From Candidatus Danuiimicrobium aquiferis (GTDB lineage: Bacteria; Omnitrophota; Omnitrophia; Omnitrophales; Danuiimicrobiaceae), in NCBI GenBank assembly GCA_001804285.1, contig MHFR01000037.1:149952-213951 (forward strand): DNA of 64,000 nt. Direction: 5' to 3'. This document shows positions 35,203 through 45,442 of this stretch, piece after piece. The notes under the pieces are model-generated. The model was not told where the DNA came from and did not search any database. It saw nothing but the letters and a program-made list of their open reading frames with translations. How positions within the stretch are numbered: the first letter of the stretch is position 1; the number at the start of each line of letters is the position of its first letter. The position numbers were made by a program, and so were the translations under genes.

Positions 35203-35343
35203 GGTAAACTCGAGCACCCCCCTTTTTACTACATTCTTTAATTAAACATAAGAAATAAAAATGAATACTATTGCATTAATATATTGAAAAAGATAATTAA
35301 GCGCATAATATTATCTGTATAACCTTTTTTTATCCCCTAAGTA

Positions 35344-35372
35344 AGTATACACAGCATAAACTATCTTGTCAA
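35344..35372 (-). promoter_or_regulatory. Candidate sigma70 promoter for the giant gene
   Basis: On the minus strand there is TTGACA (35372-35367), a 17-nt spacer and TATACT (35349-35344). This lies about 140 nt upstream of ATG 35202 in an AT-rich leader. Confidence 0.4.
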
Positions 35373-35436
35373 AAATTTTACTTGTTTTTTTAGCCCCATA
35401 ACCCGTTTGTTTAGAGTGGGTTATAGAAAATGTTCT

Positions 35437-38400
35437 CTACAAATGGACTTTCTTTTTGAGCAGATTTTTGAGATCTTCAAAATACAGGTAAAAATTAGGT
35501 ACAATAAACAATGTCAGGAATGTGGATGAAATAATTCCGCCAATCATAGTTAATGCCAAAGGCGCCCAAAGTTCACTTGATTCACTTTGCGAAAACGCCA
35601 TCGGCATAAAACCGATAATGGTCGATAAAGACGTAATCAGAATCGGCCGGAAGCGATCCCGGGCTGCTTTCACGAGCCGCTCTCGCACGTCCGGAATATC
35701 TTTTTTCAAATGATTGATCCGGTCAATTAAAATGATGGAACTATTAACAACATAGCCGACTAATATCACCATCCCGATGAAAACTTGCTCACTCAAATAT
35801 TTTCGTGAAAATGCTAAAATGGCCCACACACCGATAACGCCCAAGGGAATTGCCATCATAATCATCATCGGTTGGGTATAGGATTGATAAAGTGAAGCCA
35901 GCACCATATACACCAAAACGATTGACATCAGGACGCCAAGTGCAAGTTTCGATTTTCCTTTCATCAAGTCTTCGTAAGCTCCGCCAAATCGCCAAAAATA
36001 ATCTTTCGGAAATTTGATCCCCTTCAGGGTTTCTTTTAATTCCTTCGCAATCGCTTCCAGCGGACGCGTCACATCACCCTTCACATAAACATACCGGTAT
36101 TTATCTTTTCGATCGATGGTCTGGGGGCCGCGTGACGGAACCAATCCGGCGATTTGCGAAATTCTCACTTGCGTCCCGTCTTTCGGCGAAACAATATAAA
36201 TATTATTCAAGTCCTCAATTTTCTGCCTGTAAATCGGCTGGAGCCGTGTAATCGTTTCGATTTCGATCCCTTTTTTGAGTTCATGATATTTCGTCGGACG
36301 CATGCCCCGGACCTGCGCATGAATAGAATCCGCCACCTCCCGGACCGTCAGTCCATAAAACGCGGCTTTCGCCTTATCAATCACAACGCTGTATTCGGGG
36401 CGCTTCCGTAAATCCGTCATGACTAAATTCGTAAGTCCTTTAATCGAAGACATTTTTTGCGCCGCTTCATGCGCAAGCTTTTCAAGCGTGTCGTTTTCGA
36501 GCCCGAAAATATTCACGATCATTTTTTTCGACTCCTCGCTTGATGCGCCCTGATCTACGATCAGCGAATATTCATCGTGAATCTGTTTGATCATCTCTTC
36601 GCCTTTTTTCTTCACCTCATCCATAATTACTTCTTTGGCAACTTTCCGTTTTGCCCGCGGAACTAAACGGACGAAGAGGCGCAAATCATCCTTTTGAACG
36701 GTTGTGGAAATGAGCTCAACATCGGGATATTCATGCAAAAGTTCCTCGAGCTTGCGAGCCGCCTCATCATTCGCTTCCAGCTTAGCACCGGCCAAAGGAA
36801 ACACAACCAATTGAAACTCATTTTCTTCTAACTGAGACGGCAAATCCATCGGGAGGATTAAAAGGCGCCAAAGAGAGAACACTAGCAAAAGCACTGTCGC
36901 AATCAACACGGGATATCTGATTTTAAAACTTTTCGACAGCAGATTCGAATATTTTTGCTGCGCACTGCGCTTTTTTTCTTTTCGTTGCCCTATCATAAAA
37001 TTGATAAACTTCACTTTTCTCATTGCATTCAGTGTTTGTTGGTAATAACTTGAAAACGTCCCGAGAAGACCGGATTTCGCATCAAGTGCATTTGTTTTCA
37101 AGAGAAGCAACGGAACTAACATCACGGCACTCAACAACGCTATGATTAATGCGGAACAAACCGTAAAAATAAATCCCGCATAAGTTAAGCGAATCTGTTG
37201 ATCGACAATCACAATGGGAACAAAAACACAAAGGCTACAGAAAAGTGACGCCAAAAGCGGGACAAACATTTCCTCGGCACCGTTCACGATCGCTTCTTCA
37301 CGGGCAATTCCATCTTCTTGCTTCCTCACAATATTCTCAACTACTACGACAGCGCTATCGACCATAATTCCGATCGAGAGCGTAAGTCCGCTCAACGTCA
37401 TCACATTGATGCTGAATCCCAGGCGATCCATAAAAAAGAAAGTCGCAACAATAGAAACCGGAATCGTAGAAGTTACAATCAGGGAAATTAAGGTACGCCG
37501 CAAGCTAACATAAATGATTGCGAAAACAAGAATAATGGCAATCAGGAGCGAATCACGAACATCATTAATGGCCCGTTTAATCAATTTGGCTTTATCGGAA
37601 ATAATGATCGGGTGAAGATCCTCCTTCCGATCCATCATAAAACCCTGAATTGTTTTTTGCACTGCATCGCTGATTTGGATGGTATTCGCCGTGGATACTT
37701 TTTTGACATAGACAGAAACATTGGGACTCAAATTTAATCGCGCATAATCCTCCGGCTCCAGATATGCATCTTTAATCGTAGCAATTTCACTCAGGGGAAT
37801 AATCGAACCTTGCCTCGTCGCCTTCACACCAATCGAACCTATTTCATCAATGCTCGTAAACATGCCCATCGTTCGAATCGCAAAATCATATCCGCCGCGC
37901 TCGTAACTTCCGGCGAGCAACGCAACGTTGCTTGCCCCTATCACATCCATCACCCGTTCGATTGAAATATTGTAGGCAAACATTTTGTCACGATCCAGTT
38001 CGACCAGAATTTTCCTTTCCCGCCCTCCATAGACCTCAACACTTGCAACCCCGTTGACACGATCAAGAACAGGTTTAAGTTCCTGATCTATCATCGAACG
38101 GATATCCTCCGGCGACATGGTCTCAGAAACGATCGCGACAATTAAAACGGCTGAATCAGAATCTTGATAATTGGCAATCACCGGTTTTTCAATTTCCGAA
38201 GGAAGGAGACCTTTAACGCGGGAAAATTTCTCGCGAACTTCAAGCGCCGCAAATTTCATATCCGTCCCGACCTCAAACTCAAGCGTCACCCTGCTTTCGC
38301 TTTCGCGGGAATTTGAATACATGGTTTTCAGGTGGGAAACCGTCGAAACAGACTCCTCCACAAGCCGCGTAATCATTCGTTCCATTTCAAGCGGCGGCAA

Positions 38401-38562
38401 ACCACCGCGGGCACGAATAATGACGGAAATAATTCCGCGGCCGGAGCCTTGATATAATTCTATGGGAAGGAGATACAAGGAAATACATCCAAGCATCAGC
38501 AAGCAGGCGAAAATAACTGCCGTCAAAACCGGTTTCTTTGATGCGACTGTGGGTAATCCCAT
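35437..38562 (-). CDS. RND efflux permease (AcrB/MdtC family), second of a tandem pair
   Basis: The 1041-aa ORF has the typical RND N-terminus (TM1 then a large periplasmic loop) and a 12-TM layout. It is a paralogue of the upstream RND gene. Confidence 0.9.
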   Translation of the reverse strand: MGLPTVASKKPVLTAVIFACLLMLGCISLYLLPIELYQGSGRGIISVIIRARGGLPPLEMERMITRLVEESVSTVSHLKTMYSNSRESESRVTLEFEVGTDMKFAALEVREKFSRVKGLLPSEIEKPVIANYQDSDSAVLIVAIVSETMSPEDIRSMIDQELKPVLDRVNGVASVEVYGGRERKILVELDRDKMFAYNISIERVMDVIGASNVALLAGSYERGGYDFAIRTMGMFTSIDEIGSIGVKATRQGSIIPLSEIATIKDAYLEPEDYARLNLSPNVSVYVKKVSTANTIQISDAVQKTIQGFMMDRKEDLHPIIISDKAKLIKRAINDVRDSLLIAIILVFAIIYVSLRRTLISLIVTSTIPVSIVATFFFMDRLGFSINVMTLSGLTLSIGIMVDSAVVVVENIVRKQEDGIAREEAIVNGAEEMFVPLLASLFCSLCVFVPIVIVDQQIRLTYAGFIFTVCSALIIALLSAVMLVPLLLLKTNALDAKSGLLGTFSSYYQQTLNAMRKVKFINFMIGQRKEKKRSAQQKYSNLLSKSFKIRYPVLIATVLLLVFSLWRLLILPMDLPSQLEENEFQLVVFPLAGAKLEANDEAARKLEELLHEYPDVELISTTVQKDDLRLFVRLVPRAKRKVAKEVIMDEVKKKGEEMIKQIHDEYSLIVDQGASSEESKKMIVNIFGLENDTLEKLAHEAAQKMSSIKGLTNLVMTDLRKRPEYSVVIDKAKAAFYGLTVREVADSIHAQVRGMRPTKYHELKKGIEIETITRLQPIYRQKIEDLNNIYIVSPKDGTQVRISQIAGLVPSRGPQTIDRKDKYRYVYVKGDVTRPLEAIAKELKETLKGIKFPKDYFWRFGGAYEDLMKGKSKLALGVLMSIVLVYMVLASLYQSYTQPMMIMMAIPLGVIGVWAILAFSRKYLSEQVFIGMVILVGYVVNSSIILIDRINHLKKDIPDVRERLVKAARDRFRPILITSLSTIIGFMPMAFSQSESSELWAPLALTMIGGIISSTFLTLFIVPNFYLYFEDLKNLLKKKVHL

Positions 38563-38590
38563 CTTCCGGACCTACTTACGTTTAAATTTT

Positions 38591-38758
38591 GTATTTGTTT
38601 AGCGTTTTGAAGTGGCGGACACGGCCACTCGTGTCATGCCCGCATGTTTTAAGCGGGCATCCATAGTTTCTGGATTCCCGCTTTCGCGGGAATGACAGAA
38701 AAGTGGGCAATCCTTAACAGATAATCACTTCAAAGCGCTAAATAGACACTTTAATTTT
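38591..38758. repeat. MITE/REP-like palindromic element, full copy with terminal inverted repeats (TIRs)
   Basis: The TIRs are tatttgtttagcgttttgaagtg ... cacttcaaagcgctaaatag. Internal hairpins are gtcatgcccgc/gcgggcat and attcccgctttcgcgggaatgac. It is nearly identical in organisation to 46244-46434. Confidence 0.75.
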
Positions 38759-38783
38759 TTTGAAAACATTGGCTCATTACGCG

Positions 38784-41700
38784 CTATATTTGCTCCAGCT
38801 CCTGTTGTTCTTCAAAATAAAATAGCCTGTCGATTGCGCGTGTCAATAAAATGTAAAGTGAAGGAATAACGGTCAGGGTGCACACTGTGCCCCACGCATA
38901 TCCGCCGATCATCGTCACAGCGAGAGGCGCCTGAAGTTCAGACCCTTCACCGATTCCGAGGGCCAAGGGAATCAATCCCACAACGGCAGTTAACATACTC
39001 ATCGTAATGGCACGGAATCGGATGAACGACGCGTCCACACAAGCGCTCACTAATTCACTTCCTTCTCGGCGAGATTGATTAATAAAATCAATCAAAACAA
39101 TGGCGCTGTTTGTTCCCGTTCCGACCAAAATCAGAACGCCGAGAAGCGCGATGATGTTAATCGTCGTGCCGGACATCCAAAGCGCCATCGCCACGCCGAA
39201 GAGAGAAAACGGAACCGTTAAAATAATGATAAACGGATGAAGGAAAGACTCGAATTGAGCTGCCATCAGCATATAATTCAGGATAATTGCAAGGGTGGTC
39301 GCAAAATTTACCCGCTGGAATGATTCTTTGATTTCCCGCGCTTTTCCCACCAATTCAACCGTATATTCTTGCGTTAATTCAAGCTCATCAATAGCCTTTT
39401 GCGCTTGTAATAAAACATCTTTTTCCTTAAAACCCTTTTCAACCGCTGCGCTAATAGTAATCGTCCTCATTTGGTCTTTCCGCCGGATTTCGCTCGGGCC
39501 AAAACCCTGCGTGATCGTTCCGATTTCTTTCAGCATAACCGGAACTTCAAGCGAATGGCTCCGAACCAGCATGTCTCCGAGTTTTGACACATCCTGCCTG
39601 TCGTTTAACCGTAAACGAACGCGGACATCGATTTCGCGACCGCCTTCTTTATACTCCGTAGCAACAGTCCCTTCAATCGCCGCTTTCGAAGTTAGCGCAA
39701 CATCGCGCGCGGAAATCGCATAAAGAGCTGCTCGCTTGCGGTCAATTTCTACTTTGGTTTCAGGCGAAGGAGCTCCTAAATCACTCAGAACGTCCGCCGT
39801 TCCGGGAATCTCTCTGAGCATTTTTTCGACCCGATGTGAAAGGGTGGTTAATTTCCCCAAATCATAACCTTTCACTTCAATCATCACGGGTTTTCCGCCG
39901 CCTGCGGCAAATTCGAAATCGCTTTCCTGCAATACATATTCAATTTCTGCTTTTTCGATTCGATGGGCGTCAACAAGCTTCCGGAGTTCAGCAACAACGG
40001 CAGATGAGGGCCGCCTCCGCTCTTTCTTGAGCTTGATCATAATAAGCGCTTGATGAGACCGTAAACTCGAAACATTCACATCCCCAATCTTTGAAGATTG
40101 GGCAGATCCGATTGTGACTTGAATATTTTCCACCTCAGGAATTCGATTGACTTCCTGCTCAATAATCTTTGCCACTTCATCCGTTGTTTCGATCCGGCTT
40201 CCGACCGGCAGGTTCACCTTCACCATAAATTGCCCCTGGTCAACCCTTGGAACAATTTCGGTGTCCAATCCGCGTAAAATCAAAAGCGCTACAATGAAGA
40301 AACCGATTCCAATCCCGACGATTCCACGGAATAAACGGTTTTGTTTCTTACGATCAAGGTTTAAAATATAATTTTTGATTTTATTTTTGTCGATTTTGAC
40401 CGGCATTTTGAGCGCTGAAGGCTTGGGCGGCGCAATAAACACGGAAAGCATCGGAACGAGCGTCATCGAGACCACAAACGCAATCACCGTCGTATAAATA
40501 ACGGCCCATGATAAGTCCTGAAAAAGTTGACCAGCCACCCCCGGAACGAATAAAATCATCGGAAAGAAAACAGCAATGGTCGTCGCTGAACCTGTAAAAA
40601 TGGGCCAAAAAAGGTCGCTCGCCCCTTCAACGGCTGCTTCGCGGGCATCCTTTCCCTGCTCTCGTAAACGGAAAATATTTTCAATGACGCAAATTCCGTT
40701 ATCAATGACAGAACTTCCGCCGAGAGCCAATCCGAAAAGAGACATCATGTTAAGGGTAATGCCCTGGAGCTGAAAAAAGAAAAAGGTTCCGACCACCGAA
40801 ATCGGAATCGAAACAGCAACAATAAGCGCGCACGTCCAGTCCCAAAAGAAAAGAAATAAAACAATGGCAGCAAGAATTCCTCCTTGAATAGAGGAATCGC
40901 GCACGTTCGCAATCGCCTGTTTAATGAATTTTGATTGGTCATAGACCATTTCAACGGTAATCCCGCGCGAATCTAAATCGTCTTGCAGGAATTCGAGTTC
41001 CTCTTTGACCCGATCCACCACTTGAACGGTGTTGGCGGACCCTTGTTTCTGAATCGTCAATGAAATATTCTCTTTACCGTTATAGCGTGAAATGGTTGTT
41101 TTTTCATGAAAGCCATCTACGATTTCTGCAATATCGCCGACCATCACAAGGCGTCTATCACCGGAGTTTTTAGACCGTTCCTCTCGCAAGGAATCAATGG
41201 TTGACCGGATTCCTTCATCGCCTTTTTCCATAAAGGTATCCGTCTGCCGCTGAAGTTTCTTTTGAACATCGGTTGTGATGACCGTATATGCAATCTCTCG
41301 AACCGAACGAAACTCTCCGACCGTTCGAATCAAAAACTCATAAAGACCTTTCTTAATCCCGCCTGCCGGATAGGAAACATTGGCATTATCAATGGCATCA
41401 ATCACTTCCAAGATAGACACTTCCGCATTTCGCAGCCCGCCCTGATCCAATTCAACTTGAATTTCCCGGTCCAAACCGCCCGACACGCGGACAGAAGCGA
41501 CCCCTTCCACCTTCTCCAAGTTTTCTTTTAAAATTTGATCGGCCATTTGTTTCAATTCGGAAGGCGCGGCTTTCCCGGTAATCGACAACATCATCACAGG
41601 CTTCGCGAGCGGATCAAACTTCAAAACAATCGGGTCTTCCGCTTCTTTTGGCAGACGTTCTTTGACAAGATCAATTTTTTCGCGGACAGCGAGCGCGGCG

Positions 41701-42008
41701 AAATCCACATTTTCGTTCCATCCAAACGTCGCAAAAATCGTGCTCACTCCTTCTTGCGACATCGATTCTAAGCGCCGTAGACCGCTCGTAGAACTGATCG
41801 CCTCTTCGAGCGGCCGTGTAATCAGAGTCTCAATTTCTTCCGGTGCCGCGTTCACATAATTGCTCACGACCGTGATTTGCGGAAATGAAATTTTGGGAAA
41901 AAGTTCCTGTGGCAGGGACGTAAGAGCAATAATTCCCATAAATACAATCGCCGCCATCAGCATGATGGTCGTCACCCTGCGGTCGATTGAAAATTGCGGG
42001 ATATTCAT
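38784..42008 (-). CDS. RND efflux permease (AcrB/MdtB family), first of a tandem pair
   Basis: A 1074-aa ORF with N-terminus MNIPQFSIDRRVTTIMLMAAIVFMGIIALTSLPQELFP. This is a typical RND architecture. Confidence 0.9.
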   Translation of the reverse strand: MNIPQFSIDRRVTTIMLMAAIVFMGIIALTSLPQELFPKISFPQITVVSNYVNAAPEEIETLITRPLEEAISSTSGLRRLESMSQEGVSTIFATFGWNENVDFAALAVREKIDLVKERLPKEAEDPIVLKFDPLAKPVMMLSITGKAAPSELKQMADQILKENLEKVEGVASVRVSGGLDREIQVELDQGGLRNAEVSILEVIDAIDNANVSYPAGGIKKGLYEFLIRTVGEFRSVREIAYTVITTDVQKKLQRQTDTFMEKGDEGIRSTIDSLREERSKNSGDRRLVMVGDIAEIVDGFHEKTTISRYNGKENISLTIQKQGSANTVQVVDRVKEELEFLQDDLDSRGITVEMVYDQSKFIKQAIANVRDSSIQGGILAAIVLFLFFWDWTCALIVAVSIPISVVGTFFFFQLQGITLNMMSLFGLALGGSSVIDNGICVIENIFRLREQGKDAREAAVEGASDLFWPIFTGSATTIAVFFPMILFVPGVAGQLFQDLSWAVIYTTVIAFVVSMTLVPMLSVFIAPPKPSALKMPVKIDKNKIKNYILNLDRKKQNRLFRGIVGIGIGFFIVALLILRGLDTEIVPRVDQGQFMVKVNLPVGSRIETTDEVAKIIEQEVNRIPEVENIQVTIGSAQSSKIGDVNVSSLRSHQALIMIKLKKERRRPSSAVVAELRKLVDAHRIEKAEIEYVLQESDFEFAAGGGKPVMIEVKGYDLGKLTTLSHRVEKMLREIPGTADVLSDLGAPSPETKVEIDRKRAALYAISARDVALTSKAAIEGTVATEYKEGGREIDVRVRLRLNDRQDVSKLGDMLVRSHSLEVPVMLKEIGTITQGFGPSEIRRKDQMRTITISAAVEKGFKEKDVLLQAQKAIDELELTQEYTVELVGKAREIKESFQRVNFATTLAIILNYMLMAAQFESFLHPFIIILTVPFSLFGVAMALWMSGTTINIIALLGVLILVGTGTNSAIVLIDFINQSRREGSELVSACVDASFIRFRAITMSMLTAVVGLIPLALGIGEGSELQAPLAVTMIGGYAWGTVCTLTVIPSLYILLTRAIDRLFYFEEQQELEQI

Positions 42009-42026
42009 TTCATGTCACTCCAAACT

Positions 42027-42140
42027 TTATTATTTAGCGTTTTGAAGTTACTAACAAATTCCCCTCACCCTAACCCTCTCCCTGAGGGAGAGGGTTAGGG
42101 TGAGGGGCGATAGTCAACTCCAGAATACTAAATAGATGCA
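42027..42140. repeat. Palindromic element variant with the same TIR plus a GC-rich perfect hairpin
   Basis: tatttagcgttttgaagtt, then cccctcaccctaaccctctccc-tga-gggagagggttagggtgagggg as a perfect 22-bp inverted repeat. A related copy lies at 46468-46572. Confidence 0.7.
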
Positions 42141-42224
42141 TCGCTTCTACGAAATACCGTGAGGATAGAGAAAATTGTTTTATTCTGCGGTAACAAATGG
42201 GTGGGAGGGGAAAACTATCATACA

Positions 42225-43463
42225 TTAGAGCTCCGCCTCTTGAACTTCAATAATCTTGACCTTCGAACCCTCCTCCAGCCGCTCAAACCCTGACACAGCG
42301 ATGATATCACCTTCTTGAAGGCCTGAATCAATCTGCGAATAAGCCGCTTGCGTATACCCCACCACCACGGGCGCTTTGTGCGCTACTTTTTCTTTGTCAT
42401 CTATGATAAAAACAGACTGCTCGTTTTCTTTTCCTTGCAAAGCATCATTGGGAACCACAAGGGTATTTTTCTTTTGATAAAGGAGAATTTTAATACGCGC
42501 GAACATACCGGGAAGCAGCAAGTTTTCGGGATTTTCGATCCGGACTTTCACATCAGCCGTACGGGAAGTTCCCACGATCACCGGCGCAACATTTTCGACA
42601 ATACCTTCAAACACCTTGTCGGGATAGGAATCGACAAACACCTTCGCTTTTTGCCCTAACGATATTTTGTTAATGTCGCGCTCCGTCACGCCAAACTGGG
42701 CCAATACACGCTCCGTCGACACATGAGAACCTATCAAGGTATTGGGCGTAACCGTTTCACCCTCTTCAATATTCAATTGTCCGATCGTGCCCGTACTGGG
42801 CGCATACAGATTGGATTTTTCCAGCATCGCTTCGTTGGCTTTCACTTCTAACGAATTGGATTCCGCCTCGTATTTTGCCTGATCCATTTCATATTTCACT
42901 TTATCGAGAGTCGATTGAGGAATCGCACCCAGTTTAAATAAAATTTCATGCTCTCTCGTCTTGTCTTGCGCGATTTTCAAAGCGGCTCCGGCTTTCTGAA
43001 ATTGCGCTTGGGAACGTTGAAGGCGCAGCAAAATATCATCCTGGCGCAAAGACACCAACAGAGCTCCTTCCTCATATTTCTCTCCTTCGCGATAATTAAT
43101 CGCGCTCACCACTCCGGGAATTTCAAAACTTAATTTGAATTCAACAGACCCTTTAATCGTTCCGAGAGCATTCAAAGAATCTTCAAAATTAAACCTGCCA
43201 ACTTTGTACGCCGTAATCGCAATACGCTCTTCCTTTGCCCCCACCGCAACCGCATCTTCTTTGACTGCTTTCCCTTTTGGAAAAAATGCCTGCCGGATCA
43301 CTACAAGGCCTACGATAATGACAACAATAATGATCAGCCACCGAAGGTGGCCATGTGAATGCCCTGGTTTTTGTTTTTTAGATAATTTGATGCCGATTTT
43401 ATCCGGAGGTTTTATTCCACTTAATGGCGTTACCGGCTCTTTTTTCATCTCGTTTGGATCCAT
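42225..43463 (-). CDS. Efflux RND periplasmic adaptor (membrane fusion protein, HlyD/AcrA family)
   Basis: A 412-aa ORF with an N-terminal TM anchor, coiled-coil and lipoyl/beta-barrel regions. It sits between the OMP and RND genes. Confidence 0.85.
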   Translation of the reverse strand: MDPNEMKKEPVTPLSGIKPPDKIGIKLSKKQKPGHSHGHLRWLIIIVVIIVGLVVIRQAFFPKGKAVKEDAVAVGAKEERIAITAYKVGRFNFEDSLNALGTIKGSVEFKLSFEIPGVVSAINYREGEKYEEGALLVSLRQDDILLRLQRSQAQFQKAGAALKIAQDKTREHEILFKLGAIPQSTLDKVKYEMDQAKYEAESNSLEVKANEAMLEKSNLYAPSTGTIGQLNIEEGETVTPNTLIGSHVSTERVLAQFGVTERDINKISLGQKAKVFVDSYPDKVFEGIVENVAPVIVGTSRTADVKVRIENPENLLLPGMFARIKILLYQKKNTLVVPNDALQGKENEQSVFIIDDKEKVAHKAPVVVGYTQAAYSQIDSGLQEGDIIAVSGFERLEEGSKVKIIEVQEAEL

Positions 43464-43583
43464 AACGACCTTCGTCCGACTGTTTTTTTCAGCTTTGGTA
43501 CTGCTTATAAATAAATTATGACCTACGAAAACTATAATTGCAAACTTTATAAATGTTTTTTTAATGTTGAATTGATTATCTGC

Positions 43584-45338
43584 TTATAATGAAGATATTG
43601 GTATGTAATCTCTTAAGCCAATGGCCTTGTTTAATTTAGCCTTAGACAGGAAGAATTCAGAAAGGGCCTTATAAACCAACCCTCGCTCCTCCTTAAAACT
43701 CATTTCCGCCTGCAGATATTCTGATATTTGAATCTCATTGTTTTCAAGCCGATGCTTCGATACTTGGGCAAGGCGTTCCCGGTAATCCATCCTCTTATAA
43801 GATGACTCAACCTGAATGAGTGACTTATTAAAATTAAAAAAGGCTTCCTTCACATCGCGCAGCGCTTCTCTTTCCGCTTTCTCAAGTTCTACCACCTGTT
43901 CGAGTGAATTAATTTGAGCTTCCTTTAAATTGCTAAACGATTCCAAATCATCCAATATTCCGACTGAGAATGAATTGCTAATAATATGCGTGTAATTGCT
44001 CTGTTGGAACTGGCTCACAGATGGTGCACGCTCGTCATTATCGAAGGTATATTTAAATGTATTTCCCTCAAGCGGCCATGTCACTTCTATCCCAATCCTG
44101 GCTTCGGGATTCTTTATATGCTTTTTATCTTCACTCCTGTATGCCTCCCCTAATTTTCCATATTCAACAATCAAATCGGCTTGCGGCAATTTTTTGCCGA
44201 GAGTGACGCGATAGGCATAATGGGTGGCTTTCAATTTTGCGGCCTGAACCTGTAAATCAGGGCGATGTTCATACGCCAAATCCACGAACGTATCCAAACT
44301 TTTCTGGAAATCATCCGGTTTTGAAAGATTGGCTTTTTCTTTTTCCTTCTTGAACTCGTTTACATCCAAGGCATTAATATCATATAACGTTTTTACTTCG
44401 ATCGGATCCGACATGGAAAGATCTAAGAACTTCTGTAATTCCAGCCGGGCGATTTCAATCTCTTGGTTCGCTGTTTCCAAGTCATACTGCCCCTGGCTAT
44501 AAAGAGAATCAGTATTCAGCTTCTCAATTTCCGAGGTGAGTTTAGCTTCATACTTCTTGTCGGAAATATTCTTTTGTCCTTTGGCCAGTTCGAAAAGTTT
44601 CACACGGTCATATTTAACGTTGAGCGCTCTTTCGTATTCAAAATATGCCTGTGACACATCCGAAATCAAATCCGAAACTGCTTTATCGTATTCACGCTTT
44701 GCCACTTCAAGATTCGTCTGCTCGAGCATCAATGTATTCCAAATGACACCGCCCCGAAAAATGGGCTGCTTTAATTTCATCCGCCAGCTATCGGATGCAT
44801 AATCCAAACCGGACAATGGGCCGTGTTTCATTTCCCCTTCCATACGGAGCTCCGGAAAAAAATCGCGGATGGCTTTCGCCATGCGGAACTTGGCGAGGCT
44901 GATTCGTTCACTCGCGATTTTAGCGGGAACGTGTACTTGAATCGCCCTGTCAACCACCTCGGCAAGGGTTTTGTCGCGTTCTTCAAGAAACTTCATCCGG
45001 GCAAGAACGGTGTCTTCGTTGATCATGTGTTTAATGTGGGTCCATGTCAGGTACTTAAACTGCGTTTTCCGCTCGCTTTGGAATCGTTTGACTTCGGCCT
45101 TAATTTGCGCTTTATCGGGAGAGATACCCACCACCTGCTTATTTTCCTGTGCGGCGAGTCTGGGATCGACGGCTTCCAATGCCTGCATTAATGCCTGTTC
45201 GCGCTGCTGTTCTATTTTGCGCTCATCATCGGAAGTTGAAAATCGAGGTTGAACCATTTGAGCAGAAACGCTTGTCATTTGAATGACGAAAAACAAAGTC
45301 ACAAACAATGCTATGAGTTTTTTCACAGAGACCATCAT
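43584..45338 (-). CDS. TolC-like outer-membrane efflux protein
   Basis: A 599-aa ORF. The signal peptide MMVSVKKLIALFVTLFFVIQMTSVSAQ suggests the true start is near 45335-45338 rather than 45383. Paired coiled-coil repeats are typical of the OMP family, and it is the first gene of the OMP-MFP-RND-RND operon. Confidence 0.75.
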   Translation of the reverse strand: MMVSVKKLIALFVTLFFVIQMTSVSAQMVQPRFSTSDDERKIEQQREQALMQALEAVDPRLAAQENKQVVGISPDKAQIKAEVKRFQSERKTQFKYLTWTHIKHMINEDTVLARMKFLEERDKTLAEVVDRAIQVHVPAKIASERISLAKFRMAKAIRDFFPELRMEGEMKHGPLSGLDYASDSWRMKLKQPIFRGGVIWNTLMLEQTNLEVAKREYDKAVSDLISDVSQAYFEYERALNVKYDRVKLFELAKGQKNISDKKYEAKLTSEIEKLNTDSLYSQGQYDLETANQEIEIARLELQKFLDLSMSDPIEVKTLYDINALDVNEFKKEKEKANLSKPDDFQKSLDTFVDLAYEHRPDLQVQAAKLKATHYAYRVTLGKKLPQADLIVEYGKLGEAYRSEDKKHIKNPEARIGIEVTWPLEGNTFKYTFDNDERAPSVSQFQQSNYTHIISNSFSVGILDDLESFSNLKEAQINSLEQVVELEKAEREALRDVKEAFFNFNKSLIQVESSYKRMDYRERLAQVSKHRLENNEIQISEYLQAEMSFKEERGLVYKALSEFFLSKAKLNKAIGLRDYIPISSL

Positions 45339-45442
45339 TTCGTCAACAATATCGCTCCTGCATAGGATCGATGGTTTAATCATTTAAAAACTGAAAAATT
45401 ATAAATAACTATTACCTTAAAGTCAACCAAACTAACATTTTA

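Noticed and set aside
1-35202. The possibility that the giant ORF is an assembly artefact joining several genes.
   Set aside because: I could not reject this outright. I argue against it because the frame is maintained through every junction I checked, including across repeats, and domain order is coherent. Internal repeats make long-read verification essential, and this is flagged in the findings.
29-35245. Dozens of plus-strand and minus-strand short ORFs of 60-231 aa in the track across the first 35 kb, for example 32976-33671 (231 aa), 14282-14866 (194 aa) and 10283-10786 (167 aa).
   Set aside because: All lie antisense to or out of frame with the continuous giant minus-strand ORF. They are shadow ORFs with low-complexity compositions such as Ser/Arg/Pro runs and have no features supporting real genes.
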